A stretch of 64,000 nucleotides of DNA from Tubiluchus corallicola (lineage: Eukaryota; Animalia; Priapulida). Location: the NCBI GenBank assembly GCA_030141605.1, contig JAQGDQ010000282.1, positions 62,001 through 126,000 on the forward strand, read 5' to 3'. Below, one piece after another: positions 15,301-27,447 of the stretch (position 1 is the stretch's first letter; each line of letters begins with the position of its first letter). Below the pieces are notes generated by a model that searched no databases, was not told the origin of the DNA, and worked only from the letters and a program-made list of their open reading frames with translations. The position numbers and the translations under genes are program-made.

Positions 15301-18300
15301 CTTCTTGCGTTAAACTTCTCTAGTGTGTCGTCATTAGTAATTGCATTATTTGAAAAAGTTTGATAATGAAGTGCAGCACCACTATGTGAATTAACTGATG
15401 AATCATTTGGAATATTTTCAGTTCTGGATGAATATGGCCTATCATGTCTATAATGTTGATGATTTTTAACATTCTCTGGGGAATAGTTTCGTGATTGGTC
15501 GTTGTTGCTATGATTCTTGTCATGGTTACTATGGTGGTCATTGTCTTTGTTTAGCAACCAGAAACCATTATGATCAAAGTGGCGATCATCAGCATCTGCG
15601 TGATCATCATAACTGTCTTTCACAATGACTCTCTTCTGATTTTTGTCATGGTTACTATGATGGTTGTCATCTAATAACCAGAATCCAGTGTGATCAAACT
15701 GTCCATCATCAGCATCTACATTGTCGTAACTATCTTTCACAACAACTCTTTCGCCATGTAGGTTTTGCCTGTTGTAAGCATAGCTTTCTTTGGGCGCACT
15801 TCTCATTCGATGTTGTAACTCGTGGAAAATAAAACGTGGCCGATGAGTCATTTCTGGCTGTCTGTAGTGAGTTGGGTCAAAAGTACTAGGCCTTGAATTG
15901 TAACCTTGTTGTGCTTCATTCTGCATAAATATGTGCAATAATTTGTATGAAAAATGCAAAAAAATCTAGTATTACTCTAAACTATTTCCTCAGTATCAAG
16001 TAGTTTTTAATGATAGTCTGATTAAATATTTTAGTACATTATATATTCCTGTCATGTAAAGCTCTACTTATTTGTTGTAATGCTATAAGTAGTGAGGACA
16101 TCATAAATTTCTTAAAATAACTTAGGTCATCAGTCACTAATTAGTGTTCAGTCAGTTGTAAGTCAGCCGCATTTACTCGTGTGGGCTTTGTTTACTGTCA
16201 GAATATGACATAGCTTATCTGCAGTATAATAAATAGCACAAGTGGTGCTATTGATTAAAGTAACAAAAGTACTTTATGAAAAAAGAAATGATAAATATTT
16301 AGCATGTGCTTTGATGCTACACTTGCTGAATATGGAAGTAAATGGCATATACTAATACAGTAAATGACCAAATATTAAAATAGATACTAGAGTGTACTGT
16401 CACATTGACACTATAATTCACTACTACTGTATTTTTTTACTTTCAATTAATGTTATTTTGCTATATCCATTGAAATGAAAATTATTAGATCAAAACTAAG
16501 CTTGACAGATTGCTACTTTATGGGAAGTAAGTAAAGTGTGGAAATAAGCAGCAATTTTTCAAGTCAGAGTTCGATAGTGGACAAACTAGTTAATCAAAAT
16601 TGTTTCAGTTGTTTTTGCAAACCTGTACATGGAGAGTTTTCAGTTAAAGTTAAGTTACGAGTGGACAACAAATACAAGGTGTAACCACATGTAGGATAGG
16701 GTCTAGGGGGTAGTAATGATGAATAGTAGAAAAGTGACAAATTGTTATATTGTGTAACAAATAATAACCGAATATCTGACACATTCCTACCACTTACATA
16801 ATCGTTATGCATTGGAGACTTACTTTGAAGACTTGTTGTTTTAATGTAAATTTTGCAGAAATAATAAATTTATTTTCATAAATGTGCCCCATGGGCTCTC
16901 TAATGCAAATAATTTGCTACATACTTTCACTCTACCTATCATTCATATCATTATAGTAGTGCAGTATACACTAGGCGATCAGGTGACTGAACTAACCTTA
17001 TTTTCTGTGACACAGTAGATTACGGGTTTGCATACCATAGTATCCTGTCTGATTTATACAACGCATGCTTTATGCTCCACAGCTAAAATGGGCTGTGCAA
17101 CAATGATATACCTGAGTACTGGGAGTTACCTAGTACTAAGAAAAGAACCAAAACCAAAAACTAACAAAAATTAATGAAAAACATTAAAAACCAAGTTTTT
17201 GAACTTTATGAGTGTGTTGAATAAAAACATGACCAATGTTAAGTTTCATAAGCTTCATAATTATTAAAATACCTGCGTCCTCGTGGCCTATAATAATATG
17301 CTTTATATGTACAATAGGAGAATGTGTGCTACTGGTACGCGAATTACAGCAATAGAAAAAAATATGATGTCTTTTCTGAATTACTATGCGCTATAGGCTG
17401 TAAGTGTGCTATGAAATCAAAACAGTCAACAAGAAAAAACAAGCAAAAAACAATCAGGGTTCCAACCTTATAATACAGTAAAAGTTTGCTAATAACTTTC
17501 TTCCAGGTGGGTAATACAGATAAAAATGGCCATAAAGCAAGTATCAAAGACTTTTAACAGAAAAACGATCAGATACACGGATACTTTTTGTAATACTTTC
17601 AATGTACAGTCAGATATAGCATCTTTGATTTTAAACCTACACTAATAATCGCACACCTTAAAATGTTTCAACAAGAAACTGGAAAAAACTACAAGCAACT
17701 CTGACTCAAACAGAAAATATTATCAAAGTTTCTTACCATTTTTAATAAGAAGAACAGAATTATTGCACATAATAAATGGTGAAGTGGCACATTCGTCATA
17801 ATTACTGTTGTTGATGCTTCCTTCTGAGTTCCTGTAAGATAAAACAAGCCCAAATAAGTGAATGATAATGATGAAGTATGTTAAACCATGTGTTTTTTAA
17901 AATTTATGCAGTGCATTGTATAGTTGTGAATAAATGTAAAAAGTGTACTAATTTTCATCGAATTTAACCACAGTTAGCATTTTCACATGGGAAACAATGA
18001 AACATACAAGCTAAATTGTTCACACTGAGTTTAAATCATTTAAATTTTTTTAATTGAAAGCACTTAATTGTGGTATCACTTGATGTTGTAATGTTGTAAT
18101 GCCATGTCAGAGTAGTTTGATATCAATGCTTTAGTTTAGAAAACAAATAAGAACAAATTTGACACCTGCACACAGTTTGCAAACTGTGTTGATCGCACTT
18201 CCCGTATGATTAGGTAAAGTTTACACCACAGCTAACCTCATAAAAACACCTGCTTCCATTACAAAATGCATGACTGGATGACAAAATCATAGGTATACCG

Positions 18301-20907
18301 TTACACAGCGGCTAATCCTATCAAAACACCTGGTTTTATAATAAAATGCATGAGTGCATAACAAAATCATAGAATATACTTCGTTACCACCAGCTGTTCA
18401 ATAGCGTATTTCGCATAACCACTTTTGGATTATTAATAGTTTAGCAAAAATTGGGAACATGTAAATGTTTTTTTAGTGCAATTGATTTGTATATAATGTG
18501 CTATATCTTATTAAGCATGTTGCTTTTATTGGCTTGTTATGACAATAGTTTTACACATACACATTCCATCTTTACTATCTTATTGGCTAGTGGCTAAATA
18601 GTATAGTGCAACAGCAACTTGCTGCTAAAATAAAAACTTTAAAGTATTACAGGCCAGCTATCAAATTGATTTTTTTTACTTGAAAATTTGTATTTAGACT
18701 CGACTTTTTTTATGTGATAAATGTGAGTCATTGCATTATTTGACAAATATTATGAGATAACATTGTAGTTTGAAACATATGCCCTAAATCTTGACATCCC
18801 AGTTAGCTATTTAATTGCATCAGTTGCTTTTCCGTATAGCTTTTTCGAAGTTTCATTTATCTGTAAATAATTGAGCAACACAAATGTTAAGCCTACAGTT
18901 GCATATGATGAAAATATGATGATGCAAAAATGCTTAATGTACATGGAAACAAATGAACCAGCAAAATTTGTTGAAAAGTGTCCAAAATGTGCTTACTTGT
19001 CAACTTCATAATAGTTTATAAGTAACTTTTACTATCTCTTTATTACGGATAATAACCACATTTATACAGATAAGTTTTTTAACTCACTTAGTACATTAAT
19101 GAAATGTTTGAGATCCCTGCATTTTGTAACGCATACAGATAATTAATGTTTCTGTTTTTAAGCTCCCGAAAAGAAGAAAAAGAAGTCTGTTAACCATCTA
19201 ACCGTAGAAGAGATAAGCCCAACATCGTCTTTCCATAGGCACGTCAGCTTTATCGATGGTCTAGCACGTATGTATAATTGCTTTTTCTTTTTCGATGCTT
19301 TAACTCTTCACACGTAGAAGTATTATGCTGTTAAGTCGGTTACATATAGCTGTCCACCAAATCAAACATTTGTGCTACTTTTGTAGCTGCTTATTAAATA
19401 ACTGCACTACCTTCTATTTTTACACTTTACTGCATAATTGTTTCAGACTTGTCCTGTGCGCTTGCATATAGTTGTTAATGTATGAAAAATTTATAAGTTT
19501 TTTATTTTGTTTTACACACTTTGGCACACTGCTTTGCCAGAAAGAAACCAAAGGTGGTGCCTACTCAAAGAAATGTTAGTGATATGACCGGTAACTCATT
19601 ATTAAGAACATCTCTCTAATAATGGCTTACTGAACCGGCAGGCATCTCAGCCACATTTGGATGTCATCCAAGCCAAGGTAGACATGTTAGAAATTGAAAA
19701 TTGACAAAAAACAAGCTTAGATGCTTCTTTGTTTTTTAGCTGCCAAAGAATACATCGAGCCTCCTCCAAAGCCGTCTTCAATCACATCTTCTGACGATGA
19801 TGAAGATCGAGGTGGAATCACGTTCAGAGCTAAACCATCGAGCATGGGAAGCATGGGTCAGTGAATATAATAATTTGAAAATTTTAACATATCTTTCGCT
19901 GGTTATTAAAGATTAAGACTGTCTTTAATATGGTTTGGATCGTTGGAGCTTTGATAAATGATATTGAACTGTAATTTTGATGTGAAATCTCATTAACATC
20001 CGCTGCGGCTTAATCTGTATGCTTTTTTTCATGTAAATTTCTTGCTCTTTCAGACGATCTGCCACTTTCCTGCCCCTCTCCTACTGCTGCCGAAACCGTT
20101 TTGCCATGGAGAAAGAGTGATCAAAGGGGTCCTGCTTCTCCTGTGAAAGCTGAAACGCCAACCTGGGCTGACAACTACATTGTGACTGCATCACCGGAGT
20201 CATCGCCTGCGAAGATAAAGTACCCTCCGCAACAGATAACAGTTACACCTCCAAATGAACCACAGAAAACACATAGGGTTGGGGTGTTCGAACCTCCCCC
20301 TTATGCGAAGCAGTTGTCTGCTGAGACAGTAGATGGTTTGGGTGACCCAGGTGTGTTACCAGATCGACCTGGCATGCGACAGTCCTACCAATCGGCGGTA
20401 AAAAATGAACCTTTACCAACATTTCATGACGATGAAGATGAGTTATCAGTTGATTCGCCGTCGCATATTCTTCTTCACCCGGGTGATAGAAAAGGTTATG
20501 GTGCAAACATTGGCTGTGGTGCAGATAGTTCAGATGACGATCATTACTTTGACTTTATGAAACAGCAAGCTGGCGACGATCATGATACTCAGAGTGCCTC
20601 TCATCTAATTGCCGAAGGTGACTCTAAACGCTCTTTGGAAGCCGGAAATGATAATTTCCACGATAAGTTTTCAAGCTCTGGATACGTGGACTCGCCTCAT
20701 ACATTTAATTCAAGCAGCACGGGTGATCCAAAAGACTCGAAGCTTCTTCAAGCAGTCGATGAACAAACTTTCTCAAAATATAATGAGGGATACCAGAGTA
20801 GCCCTCCTGATTCTGATATCATAATTGAAATGAATGACAATAACGATATGAATGTTAATTTACTAGATGGTCAAGGAGACAAAACAAGGAATGAATCACT
20901 AGTTTAG
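3127..20907 (+). CDS. Na+/H+ exchanger, plasma-membrane type (SLC9A2/3-like, invertebrate Nhe2-like); 5'-partial. Exons 3127-3383, 5764-5981, 6766-6974, 8606-8695, 9413-9483, 11131-11337, 11711-11858, 12561-12693, 19163-19267, 19740-19856, 20054-20907
   Basis: All junctions are GT-AG and phase-consistent. NHE motifs: [93 protein letters not shown]. The long acidic/Pro-rich tail ends ESLV*. N-terminal exons lie upstream of the window. Confidence 0.95.
5764..5981 (+). CDS. NHE exon
   Basis: tttag|G GCT ACA...TTA G|gtaatt; [15 protein letters not shown]...YRAL. Confidence 0.95.
6766..6974 (+). CDS. NHE exon
   Basis: ttccag|GA GTA...ATT CAG|gtcagt; contains [10 protein letters not shown]. Confidence 0.95.
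8606..8695 (+). CDS. NHE exon (not in ORF track)
   Basis: tttcag|GGT ATT...TCT CGG|gtgaat; [30 protein letters not shown]. Confidence 0.93.
9413..9483 (+). CDS. NHE exon (not in ORF track)
   Basis: tttcag|TTC ATG GAC...GAC AT|gtatgt; [23 protein letters not shown]. Confidence 0.93.
10445..10900 (-). mobile_element. Tc1/mariner remnant, same family as 953-1440
   Basis: Colinear similarity to the 953-1440 copy (aaaaaatgtgcagaacttttgatc...tgtcactattgtttaaattta...tttagttcctctgc...ccagagg). Confidence 0.75.
11131..11337 (+). CDS. NHE exon (cytoplasmic tail)
   Basis: tgttag|G TTT GAC...AGC AA|gtaagt; [16 protein letters not shown]...KLSLKDA. Confidence 0.92.
11711..11858 (+). CDS. NHE exon (cytoplasmic tail)
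   Basis: ttccag|T CAA GTT...AAG CGG|gtaaat; ...[18 protein letters not shown], phase-consistent. Confidence 0.88.
12561..12693 (+). CDS. NHE exon (His-rich tail segment)
   Basis: tttcag|CAC AAG...TCA G|gtatga; HKTYERHTL...[10 protein letters not shown]. Confidence 0.85.
13206..13345. repeat. Degenerate AT-rich pentamer repeat (atatg/attac)
   Basis: Directly visible; another pentamer run (aaggc/aaagc) at ~12710-12770. Confidence 0.8.
14289..17799 (-). CDS. Nested secreted His/Asn/Asp-rich repeat protein (~564 aa), unknown family. Coding exons 17799-17737 and 15920-14289, with a possible 15-nt microexon 17287-17273
   Basis: Exon 17799-17737 encodes [21 protein letters not shown] followed by GTAAGA. 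The acceptor atgcag|AAT GAA at 15920 is in phase 0. The 1632-nt terminal exon is open and carries in-frame internal repeats. Lies inside NHE intron 12694-19162. Confidence 0.85.
14501..14890 (-). repeat. Coding tandem duplication, 2 x 195 bp (65 aa)
   Basis: 14501-14695 vs 14696-14890 look identical except one substitution (GDDS/GDGS). Confidence 0.95.
18221..18383. repeat. Diverged ~80-bp tandem duplication
   Basis: ttacac..gctaa..aaaacacctg..aaaatgcatga..acaaaatcatag repeated at 18221 and 18301. Confidence 0.8.
18995..19066 (-). promoter_or_regulatory. Putative TATA box and first non-coding exon of the nested gene
   Basis: Minus-strand TATAAA at 19066-19061; donor GTAAGC beginning at 18996; acceptor ttacag| at 17831 upstream of the ATG at 17799. 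Confidence 0.5.
19163..19267 (+). CDS. NHE exon (tail)
   Basis: tttaag|CT CCC GAA...GCA C|gtatgt; [20 protein letters not shown], phase 1-1. Confidence 0.75.
19740..19856 (+). CDS. NHE exon (tail)
   Basis: ttttag|CT GCC...ATG G|gtcagt; ...[16 protein letters not shown], phase 1-1. Confidence 0.82.
20054..20907 (+). CDS. NHE terminal exon
   Basis: tttcag|AC GAT CTG, in frame with ORF 20101-20907; [12 protein letters not shown]...ESLV*. Confidence 0.88.
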
Positions 20908-21760
20908 TTGAATGTGCAGTAATCGTTAAGAAATAAGTCTAGTCAGTTGCAGAGTTTCATAGAAATCCAGTCTAATATAAGTCTAGTCCGGTGTGATTAT
21001 CCATCTGTTAATTTAAATATGCTAATAGGTGATTAAGGCATGGTTTACTTTACTATCAAATGGGAACCAGTCTTCCGACCGGTGCATGTATGGGTACGTT
21101 CATTTTTTCTTATCTTCGCTTGTAGCATATAAAGAACATTCACAGACTTACGACCGAAGTCGAGGCAGCAACCACTAGAACCATCGGCCAGTTGCTGCGT
21201 AATTGGTAATAACAACCTTCGTTCTAGTGCTGTTGTTGGTGGTGTGTGTAATACACGCCACATTCTAGCTGCCAACACGGAAGCTATTGTTTGATGTTGC
21301 ACCCATGACACACACCGTATTCTTAGAAACCATTGTTTAGGTGCGTCTCGGTGAAAAATGACCCACATGGTTCCTAGTGGATGACAAATGTTTGTTCCAT
21401 TGAAAAACAAAAGCCGGTAATGAATTAGTCACTTTTCCTCTATCCCTCTATTCATTATACTACCAGCAGATCTTCATAGTAAGTTTATAGCTAAACATTA
21501 AATATGTAATCATTGTATAAGTGCAAATAGATGAAGTATGTGTCTTTTCTCTGATATTGTCCTTTTATTGGGTAAATCTGATCTCAGAAGTGTAATCTGT
21601 TTTTTAATATAATGCAGGAGATTTTGCCAATGCTAAGATTATATATGTAGTTAATTAATGAATTGTTATAAGTTTTACGTATTTGTGTGATATGGTTTCA
21701 GTTTCATATAACCATCAGGTTGCGTAATGATTGAAAATGGTGGCCTATTTTTATGAATTT

Positions 21761-21880
21761 ATTTCATGCGATGGTGCATGATCGAAATCTTTTCATTCTT
21801 TTTTAATTTTTTTTCTTAATTTCATGAGGTGGTGTGTGATTGAAATCTTTTCGTTATTTTGTAATTTTTTTCTTAATTTG
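21761..21880. repeat. Diverged ~59-bp tandem duplication downstream of the NHE stop
   Basis: atttcatg..tggtg..tgat.gaaatcttttc..aattttttt(t)cttaattt occurs twice. Confidence 0.75.
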
Positions 21881-24800
21881 CTATATTGCCCTCTTTTTTG
21901 TCGTTTTTTCATTTGTTTTAGTCAATGCACTTCACTTCCAAAGAAAAAATGTGGATAAAATTGCAGGCCTAAATGACGAATGAACTTTACAGGAATAAGC
22001 ATTAGTTATAGATTTGGTTAGTACAGATAGAGTTTATGAATGCAAAACCATTTCAGAGTGTAAGTGGGATCTTCTATTACCAAGTTTTTGTTTTGTTGCT
22101 TATTGCAATTACAAATATTACAAAGCTTTGTTGTATTATGGTGCGTTTCACTTTGTACATAACCTTTTGTTAGGTGATACAAAAGTAGCGAATAATGCTG
22201 ACGAATTTATTACATTGAAGTGTTCGTGAAAAGATAGGAAATCTACCATGGTCTTATAATTTATAGAGAATCCTCTGGTGCTTTTAAGTGTATGATCAAA
22301 GCAATGACCTGAAAGCTCTGGGACTAATTTTTTTGTTTTGAACTAAATGGTTTGTAAATTCACCAGATCTCAATCCCAAAACACATTGCCATCATCTCTA
22401 AAGACAGAATGAATGCTTAGATGATCTAAGAACATGCCATTAATCAGTATTCAAGAGACAAGATTGTGAGACTAAATTTTGGGGGCATGATAGGTTCTAA
22501 GTTGTTTCAGCAATATTTTGGTGTAAAAAATTTTCTGTACTTTTATCGATTACTTCTGATCCCCTAGCAAAAGGTTATGTACCACCCTGTATATTATTTG
22601 AGTAGCATAGTCATTAAAATCTTTTCTGCAAGTTTGCTTTCAGTCCCTACTGTTTTGTTTCTTGTATATGTGGAAGTTACAAATTAGTTTTACATGCGTA
22701 ATGCATTAACTTAATATTGCAGAAACTATTGCTGCTGGACTAACCATACTAACTAAACTTGGTAAGTAACTTAGACAGCTGTGAGTGATGCTTTTGTGTA
22801 TGTGTAGAAACTATGGATAGCTCACCTTTAATAGTGATACCGTATCATGTCATAAGTCTTTACAAAACGGTTTGAAAAACCCTCCAAACGCCAAAGGTAA
22901 CTTGGTTCACAATTCCAGAAAGATTGTTATAGAAAACGCGAAATTGTTAGGTTTTGTCGTGGAGTAATAGTTGTATATAGCTGTGAAATCTAAATAGTTG
23001 CCATAATAAAAGCTCTAATCACATTGCTCAAAATTTTGCCATGTAGGCTATCTACATATAGTTTGCCATTTGTTTAAGTCTATGTATATTATGGATATTG
23101 TGAAAATATTGTTTATAGTCATTCAGTTGTATTATGTAGTGCATTTAACCAATTAGTTTATTATGTTGCTAATGCAAACCCTTTGTGCTATTGTTGCTAG
23201 TGATCTTATTTTCTGTGCATAGATTACCTGTTGTTGCCATTATTATTAGCTAACACAGATACATGTGTTGTTTGCTATAACAACTCGCACAACAAATCAA
23301 TTTTTACTTGTATTGGCTTTTCTGTAGATTAATTTTGGTTTTTGTTAATTATAAGCGGTCTATATTATGTATTTCGTTTTATATGAAGTTGACATGCTTG
23401 TACACAGATAAGTCGATTACAGTGCTGTATGTGACATGTCCTTTTGGCTGATATTTTGTCTCTACTCCCCACTGTAGTTCTTGTTTGTATGAAGTTTTTT
23501 GCAACAAAAACGTTTGAATGTCTTCATTTTGATCTCTTTGTAAACTTTTACTTATTTTATCATTTTGGCATCAGTTTAACGTCTTTTGGATTTGTTTGTA
23601 GTCTTCTACTACTTGTCAATTGAGCAATTATTATCACCGTGTAGATTGAGCTAAATTGCGTTGTGCTGCCATCTGTCGCTACCTTTCACAATTCATTATA
23701 ACATTGGTATGAATTTTTAAAATAAGGGTATTTAGTCGAACAAATTCCGACGTACAATTCCCAGCTTGAGTTGTATTGAATTTGCCAGCATTATTGTACA
23801 CATTTTCTAATTCATCTATGAATCTAAATGATTAAGGGCAGATAATTGCTATCTGCACTTACTGGACAAATACTACTTACTACGTTGATGAACATTAGCT
23901 GTCGTTACTGTTATCGTTGTCTTTGCTAAACACCATGTTCAACAATCCTCCAGGATTTTTTTTTTGGAAACATGTTAGCAATTTGTTTGAAAGTTTTGCC
24001 AAATAACTTCCGAGAGCCTTAATTAAAGAGTACACACCTAGTCATCATTTTATCATACATGTTACTAAAATAAAACATAATTCAACTGCTTTTTAACTTT
24101 TTTGTTGTAATTAGTTATTTATTGTAAGTGTACATTGTCATGTCTGAGACATGTTAGATACTTTTTTACAGCTTATACATTTATATGCGCGCTTTTGTGA
24201 TATGTCGACCATTGCATAAAGCATGTGGTCTTATATATTATGCGTTGGTAAATTGCTGAATATTATTTTAGTTGAACTTATATTTAATGACTGTGAAAAG
24301 ATCGTAGGCTTCTTTGTGATTAATAAAACAGGTCTAGCTTTGCATTTATTTTTGAATACGCATGTATTATGCATGTAGATAGGTGCTTATTAGAAAGTAC
24401 AGTAGAGCATTTATTAGGTTAAGATACTGGGCGACAATTAAACATGTTTGTAATGTCAGTTGGCAAACAGTAGTTCCTGTTAACCTATATGTAGTCTCTG
24501 ATTATCTCATTTTCTGAACTTAATTAATTTCAGTGTTTGAAATGTGCTGTCATTCGTAATTTGACTGAGCTACGAAACATTAAGCTTCTTTAACTAGCTC
24601 GTGAAACATGTCCCCGATAATTATACGAAGTTGATATGCAGATTTCATTATACAGTTATTGTTATGGTCTCCAATATGGCCTTAGTGATTGGCCACTCAT
24701 TACTGATAACAATGGAACGCTAAAATAAAATAAACTGAATTTTAGAGCTTTTAATTCTTACATAGTACTGGCATTTTTATTTAATTAGTTATTCATGCAT

Positions 24801-25944
24801 TCACTTTCTCTAATGTTGTGCGTTTTATTCTATCTTTATTTACCACGCGGATTTTAAATTTTCCAACCAACGCAAATCAAGGCTGCCCCTTCAGGCTTGC
24901 ACTTGCTAGCTGCCACGTGACGCATAACATTGTTTCGTAATACGTACAACTGATTATGTCAATGTCATGTAAAACATTGAACCACATGTCATGGAGAGAC
25001 AATCCTTGATATGACAAGATATTTAGCCGACTAATATAAAATTATTCAATCTGATTTCTAAATTTGCTGCATGCAGCAAGTTTACAAAGTGGTAACAGTC
25101 ATAGACTTTTAACCTAAATGGCGGTGTTTATGAAACCAATTAGTCGCCTTATATATATATATATATTATTGTTTTGTGAAAAGCCGTCCTGTTTGAAATA
25201 AAATGCCTCATTGCGTATGACATGCTATTACTTGTACGCATGGCTATAAGTGATACAGTAACAGCATTAAGCTACTACTACTTCATGAATTTATACGAAG
25301 GTCACTTCCACACATAATAATTGAACAATATTAATATAAACCCATGAAGAACAAGAGAAGGAAGCTGGAAATGGAGGTACGAGGCAAAATTATCAAAAAA
25401 GAAACCATATTTAGCTACAAGATAGAAATTGTTAGGTGTTCAATAGGGGAGCAAAAATAGACGCTGAGTGCTTTTAAAATTTTGCCATTTTAACTGTACC
25501 TGTTTTATTTGAAAGTAGTTCTAAAACTCGTTCACTGCCTTGCTTTTGTTAGTTATCGGTGTATGTTGTGTCACAATATCCCATTGTGTTATGTTGTCCT
25601 ACAAGTACAGAAGCTTCAATTTTCTATGCAGTATTTTTAAATTTTGTTTCTGTAAAACATTAATCTTCTCACATCGCGGTCGGCGATTGTGAATATTTAT
25701 ATTAGTCACTACATAATGCGCTCATTATAATTATAAACCACTCATTATACTTCATCTTTTTCCACCATGGTAAAGATTTTTTACAGCACTTACCTGCAAA
25801 GCATAGTACAGTAATTTACCTGCAAAGCGTAAGTTATAACACTGCTAAAATACCGTCAACAAGACTGCAATCATTGTCAAAAACCTATTCTTGAAAATAC
25901 TGAAAAAAGTGTAATATTATTTTACTAGATTGCATACATAAATA

Positions 25945-26707
25945 TTGGGTGGCGCAGAAAAAATGTGCCAATGTTTAGCCTGTAATAGCCTAATATTATA
26001 AAAGCAAGTGTCCTACAAATTTGAAATTTTATAGTGCGATATTACAATATATTAGTTTTTGGCTGTGAAGGTTACAAATTTATAGTTTTAGGACATTCTA
26101 AGTTATGACTATGAAAACATTTATTGCATATTAAAAATTTAACATGTTAAAAATCTATGTCGGCTAATCATCAATTAAAAAATAGCAACTTTACATAGCA
26201 GACACAGCAGCAAAACAATAAAGAAATCAACCAGTTTACAGCATGACAGTTCACAACAAGATAAAGCACCGATAAAAATTTGTTACCAAGAAAAATGAAC
26301 CTAACCCTATGGACTGCTGTAACTGAAATTCTTTTAAAAGAAAAGCGCACAATGGTTGCACAGAGCCGTTTGAAGCACTACTAAATTGAATATTGTTGAG
26401 TAGGTAAAACTAAATACTAGAAGTGAGAAAGTGTATCAGATGTTGGAAGAAATGCCTCAGTGTTGTTTGCAGTGAAAATGTTGGTCATATATAGAGTGTA
26501 CTTGCAGTAAATTTTAACAATAGTGGCCGGTATTTATTTATTTTTGCTGTTTGATTTTAAATTCGGAAATATCAATGACCTAACACTTTTAGTATTTATA
26601 TACATGTATAAGCATTTGTAACATCAGACGTGGTGATTTTCAAGCGTTTCCGTTAATATTTTCTTGTACTCTTGTGAAAACTTCGGCACAATTTTTGCGC
26701 CTCCTGG
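25945..26707 (+). mobile_element. Non-autonomous Tc1/mariner deletion derivative with both TIRs and TA flanks
   Basis: TA|ttgggtggcgcagaaaaaatgtgcc ... ggcacaatttttgcgcctcctgg|TA; internal EVRKCIRCWKKCLSVVCSENVGHI transposase tail. Confidence 0.72.
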
Positions 26708-27447
26708 TAATATTCCACGCATGTTTTGCAAGCGTGCATAGATAACACTATCCTTGCATGTCCTGAATATTACCTCTCAAATTTCAGCTATTAATATGGA
26801 ACTTGACAATGGTGTGATATATCATCGTTAAACGTGAACAACCAACTGTTCCAGTTATTGCTGATTAAGGATCAATTAAGCATCATTTTGTAATTACAGC
26901 AGAAATGTGGTGTATACCATCAAAGCTTATGAATTACCACTATACGATGTACTATGAGAGTAATTATTACATGCGCGTTATCACTTGCATCAGTGCATGT
27001 GCCGTTAGAGTACACGACAGAATCAGACGATGTAAATCCAAATTCGGTTCCAACTTATTCCAGTTCCGACCTTTCAGCCAGGTTTGCTTCTAAAATTTGT
27101 GAACTGATTCCATCTCCCGATGAATACCTGAGTGATTTTGGTGTGTAGTTGGTTACGAAAAGTAAGCGGCACGATTCTTGTTCGTAAAAGGATAGATAAC
27201 GACTTGGAAGACGGCTTCTCTGTGTTTTTTGCCATATTCTTTCTGGCTATTTCTCTATATAAAAAGCTAAGAATGTGAACGTTAATTTTAAAGATATTAA
27301 AAGCCAATGGTAGGACTAGGTTTGTCACCATGACTATGCATCAGTACAACTGTTCACAATGGTGTAATTCGAGTCTTATAATAATAAAAAATAATAAAAT
27401 AAAATAAAATAAAAAACAAGAAAATATATTTTCATACTATATTCCTT

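Noticed and set aside
15921-15959. ORF-track N-terminus [13 protein letters not shown]
   Set aside because: TTG start within an intron; the CAG acceptor lies at 15923-15921
26954-27148. 64-aa ORF with a hydrophobic start (MRVIITCALSLASV)
   Set aside because: Short, no recognisable motif or splice support; cannot be distinguished from chance
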